From assembly GCA_964187785.1 (NCBI GenBank), contig OZ076413.1:46936001-47000000 (forward strand): 64,000 nucleotides of DNA. The letters are read 5' to 3'. Positions 21,546 to 34,701 of this stretch are shown in pieces (within the stretch, counting starts at the first letter, position 1; each line of letters begins with the position of its first letter). The position numbers and the translations under genes were made by a program. The DNA is from Amphiscolops sp. MND2022. Lineage: Eukaryota. The notes beneath the pieces were generated by a model. It ran no database searches. It was not told the DNA's origin and was given only the letters and a program-made list of their open reading frames with translations.

Positions 21546-23361
21546 ATGCTGGTTGTTTTTCAGTTCAGTCCTGCCTGTTCGCCAGCACGCGACACCACCA
21601 GCACTACTACTGATATTTTGCAGTTTGTAAACAACCACACTCCATTAAAGGTGCTACCATTTTCTCTGATGGATCAATCATCCCGAAGCCGACTTCCATG
21701 TCCACCCAGGCCAGTATCTCCCTCGTCCTCGCTGACTGTCGCAGAGCCCCAAACTCGAACCGACCAGCTTGGTCTCACCCAGACGAACGCTCAACTAGAC
21801 GTCTCGCCAACACTAGCCACCGGAATAGCTATGCTGACCGCTCAACTGCAGACTCTGCAAACACACCCGGACTTCACGCTGTCCATCTCCATTGGAATTG
21901 GCTCATACTGCCGCACAACCAAACTCCACAATGGAACATGGCAGGGCCATGACCTCACTCATCACTTCGATGACCATAGATCAAGTCTGCCTTACAACGA
22001 ACCTAATTGGCCCTCCATGGAGCAACAGCAAGTGCGACCAAATCCATCGCAAATATCCGTAGCGACACCAATCACTGCTCCCGAAAGTGCCATAGACAAT
22101 CTGCCAACTCAACCAACAGCTACACAGCAATTTGTCTGTATTCTACCCACGACGCCATCACCAATGCTATCGTTGCCACCACCATCAAGCTCAATCAGTG
22201 TTAGACGCTTAGAGGACACCAACACTGGACTCATGCTCCCTTCATCTTTCAGGGGGGAAGGGGTAGAAGAAGCAAATGAAGCGCGCACGAATGCACAGAA
22301 TACCGACAACACCACCGAAAATACAAGGATGAGCCAGAAACCGAGAGTCATAACGATGCGAAATCCATCCGATCCTGACTTGCACGAACAACAAAAGGAG
22401 CAAGAGAAAGCAGAGAGACAAACAGCCAAGGCCCCCATCGACCTCCGAGATGTGCTAAACAAAAAGGAGCAGAACAAGATCGAGCAACTGGCCCAAAAGA
22501 AAAGAGCCAGAGATTTGGCCAATGCAGATGCAACAAACTCAAGCCCGAATCCCTCTCCCATACAACAGCCGGAGGCTAGAAGAGTGCGATTTTCCGATGA
22601 ACTCTTGTCGCAGACAGAGGCACGGCAGTACGACATTACTGCAAGAGACGCGGCGCGTCTGCAGAGAGAAGTCAAGTCAGGAAATCCAGACTCAGATTTG
22701 GACGTGCAAAAATTCGATACCGCCACCAGCAAAGGCAATCACACCGAAGATCGCCAAAGAACCTAGTCGCAAGATACTACCCATTAGCGACGAGGTGCCA
22801 AACAATCCAAAAATGGCAATGGAAATATTCATGAACCTAATAGCCAAGCAGAAAGAAGAAGGCAATTCAGTTTATGCTAGTTACTTGATTGCAATACAAA
22901 CCTACAGAGAGATGTTTATGAAATACGGACATCTAGACCTCGCAGATCAGCTGCCAAAATTACGCCCAGCGGGCTCGACCACAGAACAGGCAGCGAGACA
23001 CGAGGAGGTTTCTGCCGGTGGCAGCACGACTTCGGCAGTATCTACCACGAGTTCAGTCAACACTGTGCAGACTGCAGCAGCAACTACGACAAACATATCG
23101 ACCAGCAATGCCAACCAGATTACCCAGATGACCGACAACATCACTATCACTCAATCTGACGATACTACACAGCTACAAAACAATCTGGAAGATAGACATG
23201 GATCCCTCTCTCAAATACAAGCAGCAGATATCGAACTGGAATTGAATGAACTCCCTAGTCTCGACCAACAAGATCTACCACAATCGGACGTGTTAACTGC
23301 ATCATTGAACGAAGTACTGCAAGAACAGGATGTTGCAATGAATCAAGCTGGCCACGAATAG
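21546..23361 (+). CDS. Element A additional 3' ORF of unknown function (21546-22766 and 22522-23361, probably one frameshifted ORF); not env-like
   Basis: Long overlapping plus-strand ORFs between pol and the 3' LTR. P/S/T/Q-rich with charged helical segments; no TM segment or Cys pattern. Confidence 0.6.
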
Positions 23362-23842
23362 AAAGAAATACGGAACTCAATGAATCAAACTGAATCAAAC
23401 CGACCAAAACAACTCTTACCCTAGTGCAATCTCTAAAATTATGTACTATTTTAGAATGAACAAAGCTAAAATCAAAATGAAGCAACTACTTGTAACTACC
23501 TGGTAGGTAGATTGATCCCAGTTAGATGCCTACCCACTGTCCAATGAAGAAAGTGCAAATAAAATTTTAGTAGAAACGTCTTAATTTTACTGGTTGGTGT
23601 CGCAAAAGTGCAACCACCCCCTGAAAAGAAGTTTTTAACTAGCTTGAAATGAACGAATGAAAAGAGTTTTTAGAGAAACTGAATTTTAGCGCCTCAAAAC
23701 CAAAAAAGTGCTAGATCAAGAAGTGCTAAGTTGAAATTTTGAAGCAGTAACTTAAAGAAAAAACTGAAATGACGTTGCTAAAAACATTAAGTAAGTAGTG
23801 AGGCACCCATCTCCGTTTGCCGAGGACGACAAACAACGGCCC

Positions 23843-23850
23843 GGGGAGGA
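23843..23850 (+). promoter_or_regulatory. Polypurine tract of element A
   Basis: GGGGAGGA directly abuts the 3' LTR start TGTAAC. Confidence 0.7.
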
Positions 23851-24576
23851 TGTAACGTCCACCAGTAAAGTACCAAAATTTCGTTAAAAAAGTCGAAAAG
23901 GTGCGAATCAAAATGGCCGACCTAGCAGGTCGTTGAAATCGAAAAGGACGTACAGAAGAACAAAAAACCCGCCCAAGAAGCCCCAACCCACACGCCCCCG
24001 ACCCAGGAGAGGAAGAGAAGAGACGCCCCACCATGAATAGACACGGAAAAACCCGGAATTGTGTCATCTCACCCAGTATTTGCAGGTTCCAAATGAGGAA
24101 ATGATCCAGAATCCAGATATCCCATGCTTGAAGAACATGAAGAAAACCGCAGAATCAGTGGAAATATGTCAGAAGTGTTTATTTTGATTATTTCTGATGT
24201 TGGTAATATTGATTTACTAATGTGTGGTGATACTGGATCTGCTAGATCCCTGTAATTGGTACTTTAGAGAATGTTTCCCCAATAAAATGAGTATGGACTA
24301 AAACCCCAGTTTTCGGACCTCGGAGGTATGTAGGATCGCAGGAAGCCTTTAGGACCGTTTTTACGTGCTTGTGGGAGGTGTCCGGACTTTGAGTGTGCCG
24401 GCACGTCGCCACGGATCTCTAATATGAGGAGTCTCCTCGGCGTCTTGGAAAAGTCCCTGCAGAGACCATTTGGGACCAAAAACTAATGTTTAGGTTGTTA
24501 TAAGACATTGGTCTCTTGTTAAGGCAACCTGGGCATTGTCCCAGTTCTGGAATGTAGCTGCTAGCTTGACGTTACA
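23851..24576 (+). repeat. 3' LTR of element A
   Basis: Direct repeat of 7898-8622. Confidence 0.96.
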
Positions 24577-25042
24577 ACTCATACCAGCCACTATCGCAGT
24601 CAACCAGCAGAATTTTCTTTGAGGAACACATTCTGCAGCCAAAGACCAATATCTTGAGAATTTTTTCTTTTTATCTTTTTTGAATGGGTCTATCAGATAT
24701 CATGGATCTTCGTCATCAATCAAGTGCCATGTATATCATCATGTTAGGGGGAGAAGACACACACCCGAGGTCTGCAACGGAAGTAGGGAACCCCGTACAA
24801 GCAACTATCCCAGTCGACCAGGAACAAAAGAAACAACCAACAAACTACTTATGCCAGCCATTATCCCAGTCGACCAAAAACAAAAGAAACACCCAACAAA
24901 GTACTCATACCAGTCACTATCCCAGTGGAAACAAATTCTTGAGAAGCTGCAATGATAAACACGTTTTGAAAAAAACTACGTAATAAATTTCTTCGAACGC
25001 ATCTCTGTGGCTCACAGTTCCTAGAACAAAGGCCGCAGATCG

Positions 25043-26810
25043 TTGGGGGGGGTCTCTTCCATCTACCTCTTTGACGAATATAGCTCTCACATGTTCCTCT
25101 TGATTTATAACCAGCCCACAAGTTCTCCGTACCGTATTCAAGCAGATATGCTAGTAGACTGCATTTCCTCATGCTTCAATGACGATCTTGTATCTTCGAA
25201 TACTTTCACGATCTTTGGTGACAACAACTTGACGGACGTGTGTTGGGCAACAATCACTGCACACTCTGATTACTCTAAAGCGATATTGGAAAATGTCGAA
25301 AGTTTAAATCTCCTACCACTTGTCTTCGAACCAACTTACATGTCCGGAAGCATACTCGATATCATTTTGACCTCAACACCTGAATTTTTTGCGGATGATA
25401 ATTTGTACTCCGATCACTTTGCTGTTTTTGCTTGGTTTTCTATACATAAGCCCTTGTCCAACCTAAGTTCTCAAACTACTCCAAAGTTTTCAGCTTCTTC
25501 CTTCTCCACTCACTGCTTCAATCAAAATCTCTCTACTCATCACTATGATCTTCTGAGCTTGCCTAACTCCAGTTTTCTTCAATTCTCTTTTGATGATTAT
25601 GTTGCCTTCTGGTATCAAGCGCTTATGAATGGAATCAATGCATCTTGTCTTCGAAAAACCAACAGGAAACTTGAGTTTCCACATTTCTATTCTTCTCACT
25701 CCATACATATGATTAAAAAGCTCGGCACAGCTGTCAAAAACAATTATGAACCAACATATCAAACGATGTTGAAGGACGACATTCAAAATTCTATTGAGCT
25801 GGACAAAACCATCTTGATTGATAGTGAGTCACCCAGTTCGACTCGCTCTTGCTTCAAGTACCTGCGCTCATTTTCTCTTAATCATTTATCCAACCAGATG
25901 CATTGGAAACATATTAAAGCAAGTACTAATAATCATATCGCTAACCTCTTCAATTCCTACTTCAGCTCTGTATTCCAAACAAGCAAAGCAACATTCTTAC
26001 AAGTAGTCTAAAATCCACAAGTGTTTTGCATGATATGACAATTGAAATTTTGATGGTTGAAGCCTTACTTTCAAGTGCATCCTCTAATTGTTCGAGCTCT
26101 GATCCCATTCCCACGTTCGTTTTTAACTCCTGTCCAGAGCTACTAGCACCTCTTGTCACCCAGCTTTTCAATACCATTATCAAATCGAAACAGTGGCATT
26201 ATCTCCGGAAATGTTCTACCATAAAGCCAATCCTCAAATCTGGTAACTCCGAAAATATGGAAAATTATCGTCCAATTAGCAATTTGCACTTCGAAAATGT
26301 GGAAAACTATCGTCCAAATAGCAATTTGCCTCAATTATCCCTATTTCTTGAAAAATTATATTTCGTTTCACTTATCCTCAAATGCGACCATTGATTTGTG
26401 ACCAACAACATGATTTTTTAAAACATTGTTCAACAGTTACACAAATACTCCTTTATCTTGACCAACTGTACCTTCAACTTGATGTGAATGGACTCAGCTT
26501 CTCCGTCCATTTTGATTTTTCCGAAGCTTTTGACCTGGTTTCTCATCATAAACTCTTACAGAAATTGGCTAATTTCAAATTTGACTCTGATTTTTTGGTG
26601 TTTTTCAAATCCTACCCAAATCAAAGATCTCAAAAGGTATACGTAAATGGGTGCCTTTCCGAATCTGCAATAATTACAAGTGGTGTTCCTCAGGGGAACG
26701 TGCTCGGCCCCCTTCTGTTTCTTATTTTTATAAACGATCTACCCAAAACAGTGTTAACATCCTCGAGTTACTTGTTTGCTGATGACAGTAAGCTTCACTC
26801 AGTCAGATAA
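25043..26810 (+). pseudogene. Decayed CR1/L2-like LINE ORF2 (APE endonuclease and RT), truncated
   Basis: APE motifs FGDNN, GSILDIILT, SDHF. RT motifs YRPIS, DFSEAFDLVSH, GVPQGNVLGPLLFLIFINDLP, LFADDSKL. Broken by stops and frameshifts. Confidence 0.88.
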
Positions 26811-27148
26811 TTGTGTTGAGGTCAGATAATTGGATTGGGCAAATAATTGGTGCCACAGTTATGTTTGTTGGATACAATTAAGTGGGTTTAGTAATTGGTA
26901 TCCCTGCTCATCACACTGGTAAGCTGCTACGGCCCCACTGCTCAGATGCGAACGAAATTCCTACTTACTTTTCACGGAAGCCTCAAATGACTTCTATATA
27001 ACTTGATAGCAAAAAAGAACCAAGAAATACGATAACAACTCCCCTCAAATCATCTACAGCCTTACCTTCACTTGTACAAAAATGGAGGAGACCGCTTCAT
27101 TTGCATCAGAGATGTTCTAAGACGCATTATTGAACACACTTTGACCAA

Positions 27149-29369
27149 ATGAGTCTCTCAAGACCTGATGGATGTCAGCTCCATTCAGAAACTATGTCTC
27201 TGGCAAAAGGCGGCATAGAACAAGTCATTCTCTGTCAATTCATCGTTGAACCAACCCATGTGAAAGGAAACACTGTTGAAGTCGTTTTTCCCGACCGTGA
27301 CGAGCTCTCATTTTCTGTTGGCAAAGTAACCTTTCCTGATAATTTTTCTTTTTCCGATGTGCCGGTTAAAATTTTCCACGAATATGAAAAGGCACAAAGT
27401 TCAGTTCCAGGAATTCCTTCAATGAACTTCAGTTTCTGAAAGGCTCAAACCATTCCTACGACCTACTCTGCTCAAGAAGGTCTTGGTTTATTACTTTGAG
27501 CAACGAGTGAAAAATGTTTTGATTAAGTGGCCTCCACTTGGGCACTGTAGTGCAACGGCAGGAACTGTATGTTAACAAGACGCCCGTTAAGCACCGGGAT
27601 ATTTTCCGCTAAAAATAATGTATCAGCACGTGTTCGAATCCAAGACCTCGTGTAACAAGTACTAAAATAGTCAAGTGGATGGAGATCGAGGAGATTTGGT
27701 AGAATTTGAAAAAAAAACGCAACACAGATAGTAATTTATCTCCCCTACACAAACGAAAATTCTTATAGTAGTAGTACTTTGATCCAATCTTGATTTCCAC
27801 ACAATTATTTTTTTCCGGTACGAACACTTTCAGTGGCCGTTGTTAAACTCATTACAATTGAACGATTTCGTCGTTTGTCCACTCAATTGTTTTTTTTTTC
27901 AAACAACACTGCATTTGTTGAGCGAAACACGAAGGGCTCAAAGAAAGCTAAAATCGAGGCCTTCAAATTACCTAACAACTAAAGAGTCTGAAATTGCCAA
28001 ACATTTGTCGGATACGATCGAACTTGATAAGCTGTGCTTCTTTGACTCGAAAGTAAATGTCGATGACCTCATAAGGTGTTTCCAACTGATTCGATTGCAT
28101 TGAGCTTCAAACTCAGTACCCTCTGTAATTCACTCAAATGCGGAAAAAAACAATCATCAAAAAGCTAACTTATTCAATGATTTTTTTACTTCAACATTTA
28201 GTCAGCAAACGGAAATTAAAAGTGATTCGATACCCATGGGCAATAATCAACTTTGTCTGGTGACCTAGCGACTTCCGTCAACTTCGTTGAAAAATTACTT
28301 CGTGAGTGTCCTCATAGCACCTCCGGTGGGGGTCGCAATTCACTTGGCCTAAATCATTTAGCTTAAAGTTTTAAAGCCAATTTACAACGAAATTAAACCA
28401 TATCCATTCTAACTCAACCAATGGCTGAAAACAACTTAATCAATACCAAAGTTGAATTGAATTTGAATGAAATGTTTAAGGAACAACAACAACAACAACA
28501 AACGAAACAATTTAATGCCTTCAATCAAAACCTACAACACGGGTTCATGAGAAGGCGTTGCATTAGCTCTCATCTTATTCTCTCCCTCGACGCTATCTAT
28601 AACTACCATGATTATAGTATTCCTTGCATAACTGTGTATTTTGAAGTTGAAAGGCGTTTCACTTTGGTCTGCATGAACTAACTCCCTTTGAAAAAGTTTA
28701 GTCTTTTAATTTTCATGCTGTATTTTCTTGAATTCTTCCATTATTACCTTTATGGCCGCTATTAAGTTGTTGTAGTTGGGCCTACTCTTCATTCTATTTG
28801 TTAACGATGTTCCTGATAACATTGATTTAAAGGTCTTAACATTAGCAACCATCTTTGAAGGACAGCCAGATATCAATTCACTTTCATTTTGGGCTGGATC
28901 CAACGATCATTCTACCGATAGTCTATTCAAATACGACGAACAGTCGTCTCTCAACCTGTATAAAATTGAACCCTCAGCTTCCAAAGGAATGAAAGAGCTA
29001 GAATGCTTTTTGAATATAAAATGGCTCTTAGGATCCCCATATCAGTTTCCATGGAAAAAAGACCAAATGGAAGATTCGGTTTCATGGATATCAAGATTCG
29101 AGTGCATTTGGCTACTTGCAAGTAGCCAAATGCACTCGAATCTTGATATCAATGAAACTGAATCTTCCATTTGGTCTTTTTTTGCCAGGAAAGTACAAAT
29201 ATACAATTGCTCTGTCCTGTTCATTCTTCTTCATGGTTTCTGCGCTTGGTGTGCTAACATAAGGAATTTGGAACGTTCGGAAAATATCAACGTCTCTGTT
29301 TTCCTTGGATCTTCCGTTCCAATAAGTACTCTAAAGTTCTTGTTAAAAATTGCTTCCAATACGCTTTAA
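27149..29369 (+). pseudogene. Second, heavily decayed LINE ORF2 remnant
   Basis: QFIVEPTHVKGNTVEVVF (APE-like), IELDK, QHGFMRRRC, GLLFILFVNDVP (RT domain 4-like) in successive short frames. Confidence 0.6.
29055..29182. repeat. 128-bp spacerless palindrome
   Basis: Arms 29055-29118 and 29119-29182 are reverse complements centred on TTG|CAA, with 2 mismatches. Confidence 0.93.
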
Positions 29370-30043
29370 TTTTTCCGAGAATATCTAAAAATGCTAAACG
29401 AGCTTGTTTTCAATACATTTTCAACTCGATCCCTGAATATCAGTCTCTTCGCTTACAAGACTAACAAGAAAATCCAATCATACACTAGCTTTATCACAAG
29501 GTCCCAACCTAACCGCTAATGAATTTCTGAAGCTTGGAGTTCTTCCATTTGATTTGCCCCTCACCGCATTCAAAAAGATGCTTGACGTATTTTACGTTGA
29601 AAAATTTGAAAACTTCAACAATGGTGCCTCTAGTTTTTTTAATGTGTGTATGCCCAATTTGTTGCTGTTATTGTTGAAATTGTTTGATACCTGATCGTTT
29701 TTTAGTCTTCATTTTTCCTTTGCTGAACTTTTTTGAAATTTTCAATCGGGCTTTTAAGTTTCGATCAATGTACATCTTTGATTGAAACAAGTTTTCCGTT
29801 GTTTTTTCTGTATTATATTTTAGAACACGCGTTTAGATCACCGCGCTAAGGATTTGCGAAAAAAAACGGAAAAGAAGCAACGCTTCTAACTAATGCCCAC
29901 AACTCAAAAAAGTGAGACCCAGCTAGGCAAAACAACCAGAAACTCTGCCCTCTCGTCACAATGCCTTTTCGATTTCGTTCAAGAAAACATCAGCCTTTTC
30001 GGGAAAAATAAAGAAAAAACTGATGTCCAGAGAAAGTAGTATC

Positions 30044-30455
30044 TGTGATGCCATGATGCATGTCCTCAAAGATTCTATAAATCTGAAATACTCTGAACTC
30101 TTAACCAAAGCAATTAGTAAATGTAATCTCATTTGAAAGCTAATTATTCTAGAAGAAATTTCACTTAATATATCCTGTAACAAGCTTCCTAGATTCATCC
30201 TGTTGCTGTCACATTGTTAATTGATGAAACCTACCCTAGTTAATAGAATATATCTACTTGGAGAAATTGAGAATTCATCCTGACGATCGGTCTTATCTCC
30301 AGTACTTCAAGAATTGAGATCTCAGAAATAGATTGTACTTAGACCTAGCTAGCTATAAGGTAAAAGTAAGACGACCCCGCTGTTAAAGTCTTAGACTTCT
30401 TATGTCTGTAATAAAACATCTAAAAGAAACTACCACAACACTTTTTAACAGCTCA
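30044..30455 (+). repeat. 5' LTR of element B
   Basis: TGTGATGCC...ACAGCTCA; about 8 substitutions versus 60127-60538 by eye. TATAAG near 30354, AATAAA near 30410. Confidence 0.96.
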
Positions 30456-30457
30456 AT

Positions 30458-30471
30458 TGGTGCGACCAAGA
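30458..30471 (+). promoter_or_regulatory. Putative PBS of element B (cognate tRNA not assigned)
   Basis: TGGTGCGACCAAGA begins 2 nt after the LTR end and is identical in the related element at 63275. Confidence 0.7.
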
Positions 30472-30650
30472 AAATTCTTCTTTCTCTCCCATTCATTTCA
30501 CAACTCTACAATTGTTGTACACCTTTTCTCGACTTTCTTATTCAATATCTCTTTGTTCGACACACAGTTTCTCCACCTCTCAATATCGCCTACCGCTATT
30601 AACTTCAACGTTGCAACCAATTTCTCCTAGAAATTGATTCGTGTTGCTAT

Positions 30651-30782
30651 GGTTCTGACTACGTCTCCTCACGTTATTCCTGTCAGTTACATTTCTTGGT
30701 TCTGACTGGGTTTCTCAACGTAATTCCTGTCAGTCATATTTCTTGGTTCTGACTACGTCTATTTGCGTAATTCCTGTCAGTA
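30651..30782 (+). repeat. Three tandem units of about 47 bp in the element B leader, each with CTGAC...GTCAG stem potential
   Basis: GGTTCTGACT....CGT.ATTCCTGTCAGT repeated three times; two units in the related element near 63470-63552. Confidence 0.8.
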
Positions 30783-31193
30783 AATTTTTTTTTTCGTTCC
30801 AACCACCTCTGAGTGAATTCGTGTTGGCTTTCTCTCTTTCTTCCGTTCCAACCGCAGACGTGCGATACGTGTTGGCCCTTCCACAGGGCTATCCAGCGAT
30901 ACCTGCTAGTAAAAAATTCTTTGGTTCTAGCCGCTCGGATCAACTTTAAAAGTTGGCACACATATATAACATATATTTTTCCATAACATCATTATAATAC
31001 CTTTCTTTCTCTCTCTTCTATAGTACAAACATCATACAAAGCTCTTTTAAAACACGTTTACGGATCCAAATACATAACAATTAAAATATATAACACATTA
31101 ATCACATATTTTTTTATATAACTCTCTTCATACACTTATATAACAAATTTTATACAACCTCTTTGACACACTCTTAATAGAACTTCATTGTAC

Positions 31194-33433
31194 ATGCCGC
31201 CTTCAGTAGACACTGTAGTTAAGCTCATTGTATGCTTTTGGTTCTTTGTTGCTATCGTTGCCGGTCTTGCACTTTTTCTAGACAAATTCCTAATTTCGTT
31301 CATACCTAAATTTTGAAGTACAACCTTTTTCTTCTATGTTAACAAGTATAGTACTACTTCTTTTTGGACTGCTTAGTATCTACCATACCTTTTATACACT
31401 TATTCAATATATACAAAACCCATTGCTTCTTTTCATAAGTACAGCACTTACAATCTTCTTACAAGTTGTCTTTATAGACCAAATCTTACCATATAATTCA
31501 CAATTCAATACAAAATATCTTCTTTTCCAATACATCTACCCTTTATGGCAATCTTATTATACTAACTAAATCTTACACCATATAATGCTTCCTACTCCAT
31601 TTACATTAAATACAGAAAAAAGACAAAATCGATCTCTCATACAAGATGTAACACCTTTTCTGAATAACATCATTTTTCAGTACACAAATCCACTTCCATT
31701 TGAAACAGAACCCCATATAGTACATACTATTCCATTAGCACGAGAACATTGTGATTCTTGTCTTTATTACATTCGATATAAAACACTTGAAATAACATCA
31801 TCACAAACCCCTTTCCAAGTTATTTTTAACCCAGTTAAAGGAATAAACTCTGGAACATTTTATAGAACCATTCACCCACAAAATATTACACTTTCTATAC
31901 AAGATGTTTTCCGCACATACATGCAAAAACTCATTGAATTCAATGAAAACCAAAATACACCACTCTATCGTCCTTCTCACCTACAAGAACTAAAACACAG
32001 ATCTGAATATTTCGAGGTCCCTGATCTTGACACAAAAGTTCAAAGACATGAGATCCCCCATTATTGGCTACAACGAGATATTTTACAAATAAAAAATTTC
32101 CAATACAGATTCTTTAACAACATTATCCTTACAGATGACACTATACCTCAAGTCAAAATTTTTACACAATTCCTATTAAAGTTTCTTAGATTTAACTATC
32201 AATTACTTTGGGAACAAAAAGATCAACAAGCTTACATTAATTTCCCTCAAATATTAACCCCAATAGAACTTTTACCATACATTATCAAAAATGAAAACAA
32301 ACATTTACAATACAGAAATCTTACCTCATTCAATGTTACACATTTTGAACAAATACATCTAGATCACAACGTTGTAGTTGAACATTCTGAAACATCAGAT
32401 AACCGACCTTTTATTACATCCGATACTACTCCTGAAACAACTCCTGAAGAACAAACCTCTAATGTTGAACCTTTATATACGAGACAACAATCAGAACAAT
32501 CAGAACAAGAAGACCTTACTAACTTGTTTCAAAATTCTGATCCTCCTCAAGATCAACCACTATACCCACCAATATCACAAATCTCAGACATACAACAGCC
32601 AAATCCGTCTGAAACAACTACAATTCACGATCCGTCAGAAATCTCTGAAGAAACAGTACAAAATACACGAAGCTTTACAATAACTGATGATTCAAATATT
32701 ATATTAATTCCTACCCACAATATTACACAAAATGAATTTAACAACCAAAATCAAGACAACACTTTCACTACAAATCCAGACAATACCTCTGTTTTATCTA
32801 CATCCAATACTAATATTACACAACCTTCTCAGACACAAGTCCATCTCCCCGAAATTATAATCCATCTCCTGTTCCACCTCAATTCTCAACTAAGATAAAC
32901 ACCCATAGTTCTCCTCAACAAAGCTCATCAAATACACACCATATTACACAGAACACTCATACAGTACATTTTCAAACACCAACCCCACCATCACCTGCTG
33001 AAATACAAATTTCAACTTATACTCCAGCTCAAACAAACCCAGTACCAACTACACAACCTACATTAAATATTAACACCATTCATTCCAACCCATCCTTTAA
33101 TTATACCACTGCCAGACATCTTTTCGACCTCCATTACAAACCATAATAACTAATCCATTATCGTACAGTCTCACCAGTACTAATCCAAGTCATACACAAC
33201 AATCTCAAATCAATTATAACACACCCAATCCTTTAAATACTCTTTCTTCTCAACATACGTCTAATACAATTACACCTACATTACAAACTTCCCAATTTCA
33301 AATACAAAATCCTCCTTCAACAACATTTAGAACCAACCCTCACTTTCATAACACTTCTACTACTTCCTTAACTAATATTTCAAATATTCCTACGTACAAT
33401 ACAACACCACCATCTACCGTATCTTACAATACT
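31194..33433 (+). pseudogene. Element B Gag N-terminal region: hydrophobic TM-like segments, a globular region (ORF 31585-32898) and a T/S/P/Q/N low-complexity linker; disrupted
   Basis: ATG at 31194 (conserved at 63992). Hydrophobic stretches LIVCFWFFVAIVAGLALFL, IVLLLFGLLSIY and LLLFISTALTIFLQVVFI. ORF 31336-31569 is in frame with 31585-32898 across one TAA. Confidence 0.55.
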
Positions 33434-34701
33434 ATGTCACACCCAACATATAATAATTCTTCTACTTCTGTATCGGAACCCATTAAACCTTTTGATGGAC
33501 TAGATCATAACTATACACCTGAAGAATATTTACAACATATTGAGGCACGTGTTACATTCTCCTTAGGCTTACAACCTACTTCGGAACATGAATATAAATT
33601 TTGGCACGCTCGCCGCATGGCTTTCATACAATGCTCTTTAACAGGTACAGCACTTAGCTGGTACATTCGTTTAAATGACACCTATAAACATGATTGGCAC
33701 GCTTTTGTACAAGCCTTCAAAAAACAATTTTCCTCACAAAAGAGCGCTTATTATGCTCAAGTTGAAGCCCTTAATTTAACGAAAAAAGATAACGAAACAG
33801 TACGTCATTTTGCACTCAAAGTTCAACAGCTGGTTGAAAAAGGCTGGTGTAATGAGAATGCATCCACTATTAACCTTAAATGCAATGAAATCTTTACAAA
33901 AGGACTTCCAAAAAATCTTAAAGACTTCGCAAACAAAAGACAAGTAAAACACACTTCCACTGTTTTAGAACCTTCAATTCCTTTTCATACACTAGTAAAA
34001 CTTGTTGACGTTGAAGATTTTGCAAATGACAAAATCAGAACACATGATCTTGCACTTGAAATAAACAATATTTCAAAACAAGTAAGCACTCAAACTCTCG
34101 GACCTTCATCTCAAGAACAACTTATGTTTACACAACCCAAAGACCAAACAACAAAAACAAACCTGCATATAAGAAATATTGCTCATACTGTCATAGAACA
34201 AATCACTCCATTTCTGCTTGTTTCAAAAAACAACGAGATGATGAAGATAAACGAGAAGCATATGTTCGATCTGAATCTCCACAAAAATCTTTTGTACATT
34301 ATTTTCGTTCTCATTCAAACGATAGAACAAAACACTATGATATTCGATACCGAAGTCGAACTACCTCAAGAGACAACTCTTACAATAAAAACTATTCACA
34401 AAATCGATACCGTTCTACATCTAGAGATAGATTTAGTTACGATAAAAGTACTACTCCTCCACATTACTCTAGATCACGATATGATACATACAAACGTGAT
34501 TCCCGGTCCTACTGTTCTCCTTACAGATCTTCATACAGATCCCCATATCGACACAACTCTCGTCCTAGATACAGATCACGCTCCTATTCTAGAGACAATA
34601 AATTCACAAAATATACAAATTCATACAGACCACCTTCAAGACCAAGGGACTCTAGATTTTCTAGATCTCGCTCACACTCCAATTCTAGAAACAAAATCAA
34701 T
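33434..34701 (+). pseudogene. Element B Gag core: capsid, CCHC knuckle and RS-rich tail (frameshift lesion near 34145)
   Basis: IKPFDGLD..PEEYL, LTGTALSWY, FKKQF, ETVRHFALKV. In the pol frame CSYCHRTNHSISAC (34180-34221) is followed by an RS/Y-rich segment. Confidence 0.85.

Larger units (their letters stand above)
7898..24576 (+). mobile_element. Full-length Ty3/Gypsy LTR retrotransposon (element A, 16.7 kb)
   Basis: Paired LTRs of about 725 bp with TGTAACGTC...GACGTTACA termini, PBS-like site, PPT, and Gag-PR-RT-RH-IN domain order. Confidence 0.96.

Noticed and set aside
11817..22738. Many antisense and overlapping ORFs of 60-210 aa within element A
   Set aside because: Shadow ORFs of long coding frames with no recognisable motifs.
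26270..26330. 42-bp tandem duplication (ENYRPISNL twice) in LINE RT
   Set aside because: Simple local duplication in a dead element.
27620..27680. GTTCGAATCC B-box suggesting a tRNA
   Set aside because: No convincing A-box spacing or cloverleaf could be built.
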